Program-made: the position numbers and the translations under genes
Shown here: piece by piece, positions 1-11,960 of the stretch
Layout of the letters: every line of letters begins with the position of its first letter
How positions within the stretch are numbered: position 1 is the first letter of the stretch
From: Lama guanicoe
Taxonomy: Eukaryota
Assembly: GCA_013239625.1 (NCBI GenBank)
Contig: MU053823.1
Span: 627,565-691,564 of the forward strand
Length of the DNA: 64,000 bases
Direction: 5' to 3'
Notes under the pieces: model-generated
What the model saw: only the letters and a program-made list of their open reading frames with translations
Told to the model about the DNA's origin: nothing
Database searches by the model: none

Positions 1-3000
1 GAGAAGATACTACATCCAGAGAAACAGACCTTTCTCAGCATCTTCAAATTCCAGTCCCATCCTTGTTTTCCTCATTTACCTGATGACCAGACCCCATGTT
101 TTTTCAGAAAATAGATTTTGCTAATTTTCATTCCTTACCCTCCCCTCCCCTTTAATCCATCCATTCCTTCTAGAATCCTGCCGATTTTAGAAGTTCCCAT
201 CCTCTCCATCTTATCTCAGCTATGCTTCAGGACACTGTTCCCGTATCATTCCCATTTCCACCTTAAATTTCTCACTCGCTGCTTATCTATCTCTGCTGCC
301 AATGGGATTCTAAAGTACCCGCATCCCCAGGTACTCTCATCCTTCCTCTCCCTCTGCTTCCCATAAGGTACCCTGTCTTTCACTGTCAAAATCCTCCAAA
401 GAGCGATCACTTCCTATTTCTGTTTCTTTCCCTTCCATTCCACATCAACATGTTTCAGAATATCTAGTGGTCCCACATAGAGGTTCAGACCTCCCTATGA
501 AATTACATACCTGCTATTGACAGTAACTTTGGTATGACTGGAATTCTTAATTATTTTATTGAAATAATGATTATCCTCCTATGGCCCAACGCCTGTGAGA
601 AAGTAGGGTTTCCCTGAAAAAAGTGGGTATTCCCAGATCTAGGGAAAAAAGGAGGGTCCTGAAAGAGAAAACAAGAACTCTTCCACAGGTGTAAGGAAAC
701 CTGAACTTGGCACCTTGGGCTTGGAGTTTCGATGTGTTTAAGGACCTTCCCAAGAGGCACAAGGCAAAGCTGGCTTCTGACAAATGGAACTAGGCCAAGT
801 GCTCCTCAGGAAGACAGGTCGGCAGCAAACCACCTCACTTTTAAAAGAGAAAGATCTATTACTCATAACTCTTGTAACATTCTTTCTATCTTCTTTCATC
901 TTAGTCTTTGGAAAGTCTTGCTACAACATTCCAGGCTTATCTCAGCTGTATTAAGCAGGGGATATGGAGCCAGAATTAAAACAGAAGCATTCTGCTTTCT
1001 TCGAGCTCCTTCCCTTAGGCTACACCAAGATGGTAGTTATAGTCTTTGGCAATAATTTTCAAGGAAAACATGTTTTTTTTGCCTGAAAGTTCAAGCACTC
1101 CCCCCCAAATTCCATTGCATCCTCTCTACTGAAGCTTCAGCTGCAAAAAATATAAATGACCTGATTGCAAACTAGTGACTTCCTCAGCTCTAACCCAACT
1201 CAAGCTCTCTTCCTCATTCACACTGTTAACGAGCTCCCCTAACCTCTCCTGGCATCCCCACCATTCTCGAGGTGGTCTTCCCAACCTTCCTAATACCTAA
1301 TCCTACTTCTTTTTCATTGATTCTTCCTCAGTGACTCTTAAATGTCGGGTTTATCTTTGACCAGATTCTCTGTCTTCTCAGCCTTTCCCACCGAAGAAGG
1401 GGACCTCTACGGCTTTCACTCCAAACATTCTTCTCAATTCCAGACCACATTTACAGTTGCCTGCTGTGAAGCTCCACATGGATATCCTGTAAATATCTCA
1501 AGCTCAACATGCCCAAAATTGATCTTCCAAATATGCCTCTGCTCCTCCTCCTCTAACTGATTTGCCACCACCATGTAGTTTAAATTTGGGGGGGGAAAAT
1601 TGCTGGATTTCCCTCTCCTAAAGTACCAATTTTTATTTCTAGCAATTCTGTAAAGAGTTTGGTCATATCCCCACCAAAACTGAATAGTGGTCATTATTTT
1701 TAATTTGTCTAATCTCGTAGATAAAATATTATATCATTTCTGTGTTGATTATGAGTGAAGCAGTGAAAATGTGCGTACATGTGCCTCATGGGTTTGTTGT
1801 AGTTAATAATCTTTGTGTGACCTGCCTCCTCAGAGAAGATACTCACCATTCCTTCAAAAAAGGCAGTGGTCAAAAGTGTTTAGAATAATCTCATCCTTAT
1901 ATACACGAACACATAATGTACTATGCACAGGGAAAATACAGAGCATTACACTAAATGGTTAACTCTAGTAAGATTATAGAGAGCTTTCACTTTACCTGGT
2001 ATATATTTCTCTGGAATAAACTTAAAAAGAGAAAAGAAAAAAAGCATACTTTGTCTTGTAGGAAAAAATAATAGTGAAAAATATTTTTCAGTACAGATCT
2101 GATTATGTCACTGTTATGTTCAAAACTCTTCAGCGATTTGCTGCTTACAGAATAAAATTCATACTGACAAATGAAGCGCTCAGAGCCCTACACAATTCCC
2201 TCTCATTTCTCTCCTCCCCATTCGCTCCCATCTCATCTGGTCACACCTCTGTACCTTCTCATTGTGATTCCCCCTGCCTGAAATATGGTCATTTACATTT
2301 TCTGGCTGTTCCACACCTCCGAGGCCCAGCTCAAACGTACCTCCAGCTGTGCTCTTCCCAAACCTCAGAAACAACGAATCATGCTCTCCTGAGTGCTCAC
2401 CCAGCACCCATTTTTGGTTACAGTTCTACTGTAGGACTAACCATAACCTTGCTGTGTGCTGTAGTTGAGCACACATGTTACTTCCTTGGGGTCCCCTGTT
2501 TCCTCCCAGCACCCAGTACAGGAGCTGCGGGGGTGGAGCGGGGAACGACACCAGGCGATGTCACTAGCGAATACCAGTCTTGTGAACGATGGAAGCATAG
2601 GAGATTTACGGGACTCAGACTCCCATGGTGACACCGCGTAAGACTGTGCTAGGTGTGTGTGCACACCCAGATTACCACTCACAGAAGAGTTTACCCGAAT
2701 GGCACCCCCTCCCCTAACCCAGAAGTGCCTGATTTCCTGTCTTGCAGGGGGGACCTGGTAGGGGGAAGAAAGAAAATTCAGGCAGGAGGAAGGGCTGTGG
2801 TTCGTGCCCAGGAGGGCTTCCTCTTTGAGAAGGTAAGTTGAGAAAGAGCTGAGGGTTTGGCAGTAGTTGCCTTGACAAAGCAGGAGGGAGGGAGATGGGA
2901 GAGAATTGTGTGCTGGCTGAGGTGCAGCACGAGAGAGGGCTTGATGGCTGGAGCCCGGTGCGTGTGTGATCCTGCAAAAACTCCCACGTGGCTGAAGCGC

Positions 3001-4219
3001 AGACGCCAAGGATGAGAAGTGCTGGGCAGTAAGCAGGGACCATAACACACAGGGCCTAATGTGCCAGTTAGAGGGGTGGAACTTAATTCTGAGGACCACA
3101 GAGGGTTAATAGGTTACACTTGAACACAGTAACAGCATGAACACAAATTTAAGGAAGATTACTGTTTGTATTAAAACGAGGAGCTTTCTACACTAATACA
3201 TGGCGATGACTTGAACTGAGGTACCAGCAGGGGGTTCAGAATATCAGGTATCAAAGGGACTCAAAAAGTACATCTAATGCCAGCCTCTGTTTTCAAGGAA
3301 ATTTCCTTGACACGCAGACCTTAAGATATCTTGTTTGATTTTGTTTCTCTGAAACTACAGACGGACAAATAAAACATAGAAATAGTTGTGACAAAGCAGG
3401 GAAAAAAACACAGAACCTGACCTGGGGTATTCATTCAATAAACAAAAGTCCATTTATCAACTATTTCCTATTGGGTCCTCAGCATAATTCTCTGGATACT
3501 GTAGAAAGATGTATTTTTCTGGTTTAAAGCCACTGGGAAGCCTCAATAGATACATTGCTATCTGATCATGGAGAAGCAGATTTCTGTGGGCTGGTGGGCC
3601 TCCCATTAGGATACAATCTTTTAGAAAATATTTCAGCTATTTCTCAGTTTGTTTCTCCAGACAGAAGCAAGGTTACACGCTCATTAGATCAGGTGCTGAC
3701 AATGGTGGCATTTGCTCCTCTTCAGCATTCCTGACCTTGAATTCTATTGCTTTTGGGAGAATAACCTATGTTTATCCACTGCAAGAAGCCTGTGGTTAAC
3801 CTTTCCTTCTCTTTCTCCCATGTTGCAAAGAATTCTTCCTCCTCCCACTTGCAGAGTTTTTCACCGGAAGGTTTCCCCAGGTCTGGGGCATGTTTCTTTT
3901 CATCTGGAATTGCTCCACGTCACTTTCTCTCTCGGGCTCGGCTCTTATCACCAACACTGTGCAGCCATAGATAACACTATAATTTAAGAACAAAAGATAT
4001 TTGGAATGTTGGGCACTTAGACAAGGGGTAATGTCTGGGACAGAGCCTAGGCAAGAAAAGGGGAAAGGTGAGGTAGGTTGATATCTCCAGGCAGTAGGTA
4101 CAGGAGTCCCCACTGAAAGTCCTGTCATTGCCTGGAGACACTGGTTCTTGCTTAGTTCTGGAAACTCTAAGAATTCGATCATCTCCAAGATCCCTTCCAG
4201 TTTTACAATTTTACAATTC

Positions 4220-4400
4220 CTTTTTTAAAAAAGTGAAGTATAGTCAGTTTACAATGTTGTGTCAGTTTCTGGTATACAGCAGGTTTCAATCATACATATA
4301 TATACACATATTCGTTTTCAGATTCCTTTTCATTATAGGTTACTACAAGATATGGAATATATAGTTCCCTGTGCTCTACAGGAGAAACTTGTCTATCTTT
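4220..4400 (-). mobile_element. LINE-1 3' end fragment
   Basis: Antisense L1 3'UTR motifs (gaagtatagtcagttttacaatgttgtg...gttccctgtgctctacag). Confidence 0.75.
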
Positions 4401-5153
4401 ATGATTCTTATTGTAGGATTTGAACAACATATCTATTCACAAAGTTGATTTGTAAAGAGAACTAAATAATTCTTAATTAAAATTAGGATTGAAGACGTGA
4501 GACCCACGGATAAATCTGGAAATAGAAGTTCAATTTCTGGAATTTCCTACAGTTCCTTCAGTAGATTCCTATAAAAATTATCTGAAACGTTAACAACCTT
4601 TTGCCTCTAACTTTTGGCCCCTCTTACAACCCAAACATCAGTAAGGCAAAAGAGTATAAGCTGGGGAATTTGTTTAAGTTGTGCAATGTGTTTTGAAGAA
4701 AATAATTTATTTTTAATATGAGGGATAAAAGAAACAAGAGTTGCAAAACCTAAAAAATACAAATAAACAGAATGCCATTAAGTGTGAATTTCAGATAAAC
4801 AAGGAATACTTTTTGCTAGTATAAATATAACCCATGAAGTGTTTGGGACATAACCTACACCATAAAACTATTTTATATGGCATCCCTAAACAGAGGTAGC
4901 TAAAAGTTCTGTTCCATCTCATAGGCTGTTAAGAAGATTAAATCAGATAAAGTGGAGGAAGCACCTAACACAGTTATCAAATGAAAGTTCTTTTTGCTTT
5001 CTCCTGAGGCTGAGGAATACGACATGATAATTTTCAATTATCCATGTGTAGACTATAAAAAGTTAAATCCCAGTTGCCCTGCATACTTCTGGTTCATTTT
5101 CCCCTGCTGTCCTGTCTTAGCCACAGAAATGAGACAAAAAAAAAAAAAAAAAA

Positions 5154-5227
5154 NNNNNNNNNNNNNNNNNNNNNNNNNNNNNNNNNNNNNNNNNNNNNNN
5201 NNNNNNNNNNNNNNNNNNNNNNNNNNN
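5154..5227. other. Assembly gap within poly(A) tract
   Basis: 74 Ns flanked by A runs. Confidence 0.99.
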
Positions 5228-5234
5228 TAAAACA

Positions 5235-5267
<33 letters not shown>

Positions 5268-6169
5268 AAGAAAGAAAAAATTCTTAGTATTAGATGAAAC
5301 ATATTTAGAAAAGGAAATCTGCTAGCGGATATTGAAGTCATAAACTATTGTGGTTTAGTTATACAACAGCTTCCATGAGCACAAAGAACTGGCTTTATTT
5401 GGGCAGCTTCAGATGTTAGAAAAATTTATCGTATAAAGTGAAAGGCCTGTTACTAACTGTGTGACGTTGGCTGAGTTGTGCTTTAAGGTTTAGATCTGTA
5501 GGATGGTGATTGACAGGCTTGGAGTTTTGGGGAGGATTCAATAGTATATATTAAAGCTCTTTGGAAACTGTAAAGCACAAAGTTGTTACTGTGCTGAGTC
5601 CCACACAGTACAGGAAGTGAGGATTCCTTGAGCCAGAGATCACGCAATGGTTCATCCACAGACAGACTTTCCTCAAAGGCATTTTCCTCTACACAGAGCT
5701 TAGGAACTCAGTGAGTGTCATCTGCCAGTAACACGACTTCATCACTTCCTAGTGATCACTCAACCATCACTCTGGACAGTAGGCAACCCATCTCTGCATC
5801 CTCTTAAGGACAGTTATGTCAATTTCAGTTCCTATTTGTTTTCTGATAACCATTCTCCCCCCACCCCCAAGTGGCTGTATCAGCAGTGCTGGGACCATAA
5901 GAAGAAATCTAAACAGTTTGTGTAATATACTCTTTGATCTGGCTGTCACGTCTTCCTGACCCTAAACCACTATTCCTTCCAGGCCACAAATGCTCCTTCT
6001 TGAAGTACCAGCCTATAAGTTATAATTAATCAGCCATATCATTTTGTATACAATTTTACATTTTTTAGTGCAAAATCTGACAAGTAAAATTCTGACTACT
6101 ATGGTCATATGATTTTTAATCCAGTAGCCTTCAAACTGGGCTATCTTTTGTTTTTTTTAAAGATCCATT

Positions 6170-6580
6170 ATCAAATCCCCCAGGAGAACGGTATATTTGT
6201 TACGGGTGATGAACCTGCACTGGCACATCTTTATCACTTAAAGTCCCTAGTTTACACTGGGGTTTACTCTTGGTGTTGCACATTCTGTGTGTTTGGACAA
6301 ATGTATGATGACTTGCATCTGGCACTATAGTATCATACAGTGTAGTTTCACTGCCTTAAAAATCCTCTGTGCTCCACCGACTCATTCCTCCCTAGCCCTT
6401 CATCCCCCTGCTTAAAAAAAAAATTTATTGAAGTGCATTTGATTTACAATGTTAGTTTCAGGTGTACAGCAAAGTGATTCAGTTATAGGTGTACATACAT
6501 GCATCTATTTTCTTTTCAGATTCTTTTCCATTATATGTTATTACAAGAAACTGAATATAGTTCCCTGTGCTATACAGCTG
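6170..6580 (-). mobile_element. LINE-1 3' end fragments (older L1M plus younger L1)
   Basis: L1 3'UTR antisense motifs (gtatatttgttac..gatgaacct; tcaggtgtacagcaaagtgattcagttat). Confidence 0.7.
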
Positions 6581-6899
6581 GACCTCCTCCATCCATTTTT
6601 AATGAATAATTTTCCAAATCTTCAACACGAAGTATTTGTTTTCCTTCCTAAAATTGTTTTTCTTAACAATGTGCCTGGATTGCTCTTTTTTCTCTTTCCC
6701 ACTTTTCTTTTCACTACTTTCTCCTACTTTCTAAAAGAAGAGTTCACCTCCAACCCATCTTAAGTTTTTACTAAGCTGCACACAATCAGACAGTGCACAG
6801 TCCCTGAGGGAGGGCACGGTGACCGTCAGTGCGACACGGGGTGGGGGCGGGGGGAGTGTTAAAGGCGGGGTGCCCTTCCCCTGCTGCTCAGGGCAGAAC

Positions 6900-7070
6900 C
6901 ATCCACTCATGTGCCACATCAGCCTCTCCTGGGAGCTGGTGAGACGTGAGCATTTTCAGCTCCACTCCAGACCTGCTGGGTCAGACTCTCTGAAGGGCGG
7001 GACCAAGAAATCTGTATTAACAAACCTTCCGAGTGACTCTTAAATGTGCTAAGGTTTTAGAAACATCAAC
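6900..7070. mobile_element. MER5A-like hAT-Charlie DNA transposon remnant
   Basis: Resembles recalled MER5A consensus (cctgggagctggtgaga...ccagacct...cagactct...aatctgtattaacaa). Confidence 0.7.
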
Positions 7071-7859
7071 TGGTAAAGAAACCACCGTAAGCAAAGTTCT
7101 GCAGCATCTGTCTTAGAAGAAAGAAGTAAGACGGTTGGTGGAGGGACAGAAGTTAACACTTTAATCTCAATAAAAAAGAAAGGCTCTTTCTGGCAGAAAA
7201 AGAAGTCTGATTTGGCCTAGTGGTGTGCCCATGAACAGGTTTATAGTTCTATGTAACTGAATGAGCTATGTATTCAAAGTTTAACGAAAAGAAAAAAGGT
7301 CTACAAGGCCATGTGTTTGTATATGTGTGTGTTTGCAGAACAGGGGGAAACGGACCCTGAAATACAGGCCACAACCAGCTGGGGAGCCCTGTTCCTCGGC
7401 CAGAAGGAGAAGCTTTTCTTTGCACAAGGGGACTTGCGTCCCCTGAAGATCTGCCCCACTCTCTTTCCCAGAAGGTTATCTTTCCCTAATTTGCACAAAG
7501 GCACAGGAAAGGCTAACAGTGGCCCTGAAAGCATGTATGTGCTATTCAAGACAGCAGAAATTAATCCCTGAAAGCCATTTAAATATTTTAAAAAATATTT
7601 TAAAAACTTTAAAATGTAAGGGGGGGAAAGTAACAGTTTTTCAAAATGATTTTGTGAGTAAACAAGCCAAAAGGAAGCTCACTGCTCCCGTCTTTCTCTG
7701 GCGCCCAGCCCCTACCCGGCGGCAAGACTGCCAGCGCCTTCCTCTCCCTGGGGGTCCGTCTTTCCGCCTTGCCTTCTTAGACCCCCTCACACCCTATCCT
7801 GAACGGCTGCCTTTCCTCTTACCTTCCTCCTGATCTTTTCCCTAAATGTTCTCAAGTTT

Positions 7860-8200
7860 CTCTTGAGGGCCTCGCCGGTTCCCAGCGAGGACCACGCTTT
7901 CAGGCCTAAGGGAATCCACCAGCCCAGCCCGCGCGTCACTCGCCCGTCACTCGCCCGCCGCGCTGCGCCTCTGCGGGAGCCTCAGCTCCAGGCCCCGCCC
8001 GCCCGCCCGCCCACGGGACTAGGAAGGCGCCCCGAGGACACACACTGCCACCTGGCGGCGGCTGCTGCCGAGGTCCGGCGACACCGGCACGCTCTCGGGC
8101 GACAGGCCTGCGGGCGGATTGGCAAGAGATCTGTCGTGGGTGGAACCGCCAGTGCGAGCTCCCCTGGCTTAAGCAATTGCATTTTCTCTGGCTGGAAACA
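7860..8200 (-). promoter_or_regulatory. CpG island promoter with overlapping GC boxes, CCAAT box and CTCF core motif
   Basis: CpG dense; (cccg)n GC boxes at 7992-8012; ATTGG at 8118-8122; CCGCCAGGTGGCAG on - strand at 8045-8058; downstream - strand donor at 7823. Confidence 0.65.
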
Positions 8201-8699
8201 TCTTTCCAAATCTTTTCCCCTCAAAATCCGTTTCATCTTTCAAAGTCCTGAGTAAACGCCATGATCCCTTTTTTCTGACCTTCTGCGTTAGAGTGTCTCA
8301 CGCCCCGTGGAGTAGGTCCAGCATTTCGTCTGTAATTCTCAGGGAGCGCCACACGGCCTGTTCCAAACCGTTCCTCCTCCTCTAAGTCCCTCAAAGACTC
8401 AGCTCCTCTGAAGCACATGCCACCAGGATATTGCAATCATCGGCTGATCTCCTGGGTCCACCCCCACCCCCGCCCCACCCCCGCCTCCCCATTCCCTGGA
8501 AATTTAAAAGCCTGATTCATCCTCTTGGTTACACAACTCCTGTCATCATTCCTAGTGGCTTCATCATCCATGGAAACAATTCACGCCATGTGCTGGCCTC
8601 TCAGCTCCTTATCCACTCATTTCCAGTCATTCTGTTTTCCAGTCACTTCTCAAGGTGACATCCTCTCTCTGGTCATTCATAACAAAGGCATTCCTTCCA

Positions 8700-9449
8700 N
8701 NNNNNNNNNNNNNNNNNNNNNNNNNNNNNNNNNNNNNNNNNNNNNNNNNNNNNNNNNNNNNNNNNNNNNNNNNNNNNNNNNNNNNNNNNNNNNNNNNNNN
8801 NNNNNNNNNNNNNNNNNNNNNNNNNNNNNNNNNNNNNNNNNNNNNNNNNNNNNNNNNNNNNNNNNNNNNNNNNNNNNNNNNNNNNNNNNNNNNNNNNNNN
8901 NNNNNNNNNNNNNNNNNNNNNNNNNNNNNNNNNNNNNNNNNNNNNNNNNNNNNNNNNNNNNNNNNNNNNNNNNNNNNNNNNNNNNNNNNNNNNNNNNNNN
9001 NNNNNNNNNNNNNNNNNNNNNNNNNNNNNNNNNNNNNNNNNNNNNNNNNNNNNNNNNNNNNNNNNNNNNNNNNNNNNNNNNNNNNNNNNNNNNNNNNNNN
9101 NNNNNNNNNNNNNNNNNNNNNNNNNNNNNNNNNNNNNNNNNNNNNNNNNNNNNNNNNNNNNNNNNNNNNNNNNNNNNNNNNNNNNNNNNNNNNNNNNNNN
9201 NNNNNNNNNNNNNNNNNNNNNNNNNNNNNNNNNNNNNNNNNNNNNNNNNNNNNNNNNNNNNNNNNNNNNNNNNNNNNNNNNNNNNNNNNNNNNNNNNNNN
9301 NNNNNNNNNNNNNNNNNNNNNNNNNNNNNNNNNNNNNNNNNNNNNNNNNNNNNNNNNNNNNNNNNNNNNNNNNNNNNNNNNNNNNNNNNNNNNNNNNNNN
9401 NNNNNNNNNNNNNNNNNNNNNNNNNNNNNNNNNNNNNNNNNNNNNNNNN
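8700..9449. other. Assembly gap
   Basis: 750 Ns. Confidence 0.99.
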
Positions 9450-10154
9450 CCGCCCGCCCGCCCGCCCACGGGACTAGGAAGGCGCCCCGAGGACACACAC
9501 TGCCACCTGGCGGCGGCTGCTGCCGAGGTCCGGCGACACCGGCACGCTCTCGGGCGACAGGCCTGCGGGCGGATTGGCAAGAGATCTGTCGTGGGTGGAA
9601 CCGCCAGTGCGAGCTCCCCTGGCTTAAGCAATTGCATTTTCTCTGGCTGGAAACATCTTTCCAAATCTTTTCCCCTCAAAATCCGTTTCATCTTTCAAAG
9701 TCCTGAGTAAACGCCATGATCCCTTTTTTCTGACCTTCTGCGTTAGAGTGTCTCACGCCCCGTGGAGTAGGTCCAGCATTTCGTCTGTAATTCTCAGGGA
9801 GCGCCACACGGCCTGTTCCAAACCGTTCCTCCTCCTCTAAGTCCCTCAAAGACTCAGCTCCTCTGAAGCACATGCCACCAGGATATTGCAATCATCGGCT
9901 GATCTCCTGGGTCCACCCCCACCCCCGCCCCACCCCCGCCTCCCCATTCCCTGGAAATTAAAAACCCTGATTCATCCTCTTGGTTACACAACTCCTGTCA
10001 TCATTCCTAGTGGCTTCATCATCCATGGAAACAATTCACGCCATGTGCTGGCCTCTCAGCTCCTTATCCACTCATTTCCAGTCATTCTGTTTTCCAGTCA
10101 CTTCTCAAGGTGACATCCTCTCTCTGGTCATTCATAACAAAGGCATTCCTTCCA
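9450..10154 (+). repeat. Near-identical copy of 7995-8699 across the gap (probable false duplication)
   Basis: Offset of exactly 1455; both copies abut the gap; only two substitutions seen. Confidence 0.9.
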
Positions 10155-11074
10155 GAACCTCTTATTTCTCGCATCTCACACTGACCATCACTTCCTCTCC
10201 ACAGTTTCTTGACAGAAGTAGGATCTCTAAGCTCTGAACGCTCCCACATTTTCACTGCTCGTCATCCTGCTATGTCACTCAATTTAAATTATTTATCACT
10301 CTAAACACTCCTTTGCATAAACCTGCAGCTCCCTAGCACTTCCTTCTCTCCTGTTATATTCCTTGGTCAAACCCCAACCCTTGGTTAAATACCACTATAA
10401 TTACCCTGCTTGCTTGCATTCACTAACAACAACAAGAATGTAGCTGTAGGAAAATCCACAGCCGAGCTGTCTGGTCTCCCACTGAATTTAGATGATACTC
10501 TCAGGTGGGCTCTGCCCTGCGAAGCTTATTTTCCCAAATCATTTCACTCCCTACTGTTCAAGAAAACAATTTCACACTCTGTCCCCGATCCTCAAATTTT
10601 CAAGATCTCCTCCATCCTTGCTCACACGTAGCTGATAATCTCATTTCTTATTCATTGAAAAACTGAAGAAGAGAAACCTCCTACTTCACTACTAAGCCTA
10701 CTAAGCTGACTGAATTCGCATCCACACACTCAGCTTCCCTCCCGTTAAGGTGACCTCACTGTCTCCTGCTTTCCTCTCAGACTAGCCCCTCCTCCATGCA
10801 GAGCTGGGTCCCTCTGCCTCTCACCTTACTCAAGAATTTTGTTCTAAAAGTAGTTCCCTTATATAGGAAAAAAAAATTCCCTTTCTATTTCTGCTACTAT
10901 CGTAATATTTCTTAACAAGACTCCCCCTTAGATAAAGACAAAATTCAGAAAAGTAGATACTTCTGGCATGGGGAGACACAAGAGCGGAGTCTTACAATAC
11001 GTACAAGATTCAGTTTCTTAAGCAGGGTGGATATCAAGGTGCTCATTAACTTTTTTAACTCTTTTAATTTATTT

Positions 11075-11193
11075 GGGGGGGCAGTTAGTTTTATTTGTTT
11101 CTTTTTTTTTTTTTAATGGAGGTACCGGGGATTGAACCCAGGACCTCATGAATGCGGAGCAGGTGCTCTACCACTGAGCTATGCCCTGCCCCC
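11075..11193 (-). mobile_element. tRNA-Ala-derived SINE (camelid vic-1-like)
   Basis: Pol III A box (tagctcagtgg) and B box (ggttcaatccc) on - strand, with A-rich tail. Confidence 0.85.
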
Positions 11194-11224
11194 TCAAGGT
11201 GTTCATTTAAAACATTCTTGCCTG

Positions 11225-11571
11225 CTTCACAAAGATGGTGCAGAAAGTGAAAGGAGTCCCCGCCCCTCCCAAAGCCAAAGCCAGGAAAGCAGCGCTGAAA
11301 GGCATCCACACACGGGCCTCTGAAGGTGGCCCGATACGCCCGGAAGAACGCCCCCAGGAGGAACAGGCCTCTCGGTGCCAGCAAGTTCCCTCTTACCGGA
11401 GTGCGCCCCGAAGGAGATGGAAGACACGTACTTGTGCTCATTGTGGAGGTCAAGGCCAACAAGCACCAGGTCAAGCCAGCTGCGAAGCAGCAGCAGCAGC
11501 AGGATGCCACCAAAAAGAAGGAGAAGGAGAAGGAAGACAGGGGAGGGGCGGGAGAGAGGGAGCGGCAGTAA
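11225..11571 (+). pseudogene. RPL23A: RPL23A processed pseudogene, internally deleted and 3'-truncated
   Basis: Intronless; MVQKVKGVPAPPKAKARKAALKGIH and YARKNAPRRN..KFPLT..VLIVEVKANKHQVK match RPL23A in two different frames. Confidence 0.88.
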
Positions 11572-11704
11572 AGGAGGATCCCTCAGGTTTCTCCTCTACA
11601 GGCGGTCCTTTCTCTCCCAGTCCCAACCAGTGGTGCCTATTCATCTGTCCTCATCCCTATAATCTTGTCATTTACAAAATGTATATAAATGGGGCCTATC
11701 GTGG

Positions 11705-11960
11705 TTTGCAGTGCCATCACAGAGTGGTATAGACTGGGTGACTTAAACAACACACATTTATTTCTCACAGTTTTGAGGGCTGGAAGTCCAAGATCAGGGT
11801 GCCAGCGTGGGTGGGTTCTAGTTAAGGTCCTTTTCCTGGTTCCCAGATGGCCACCTTCTCACTGTGTCCTCACGTGGCCAAGGGAGAGCAAGCTAGATCT
11901 CTGGGCTCTTCTTATAAAGACCCTGTTCCCATTCATGAGGGCTCCATCCCCGTGACCAAG
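11705..11960. mobile_element. MLT1 (MaLR) LTR fragment
   Basis: agactgggtgacttaaacaac..atttatttctcacagtt..ggctggaagtccaagatcagggtgcc is typical of MLT1. Confidence 0.8.

Larger units (their letters stand above)
540..8130 (-). pseudogene. Candidate decayed multi-exon gene or spliced lncRNA (identity unknown)
   Basis: On the - strand: CpG/GC-box/CCAAT promoter at about 7990-8125, strong donor AAG|GTAAGA at 7823, and acceptors at 7567, 5802, 5052, 4568, 3976, 3355 and 658. Donors lie at 5590, 4508 and 3422, and AATAAA at 560-555. Exon-like frames are interrupted mainly by TGA/TAG codons. Confidence 0.4.

Noticed and set aside
1996..2020. 25-nt AG/GT-bounded micro-exon (FIPEKYIP) on the - strand
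   Set aside because: Flanks look like an ancient antisense L1ME 3' end, so the splice signals are probably coincidental and were not counted toward the decayed gene
8525..9710. Long ORFs of 273-393 aa
   Set aside because: They consist mostly of Ns translated as X across the gap
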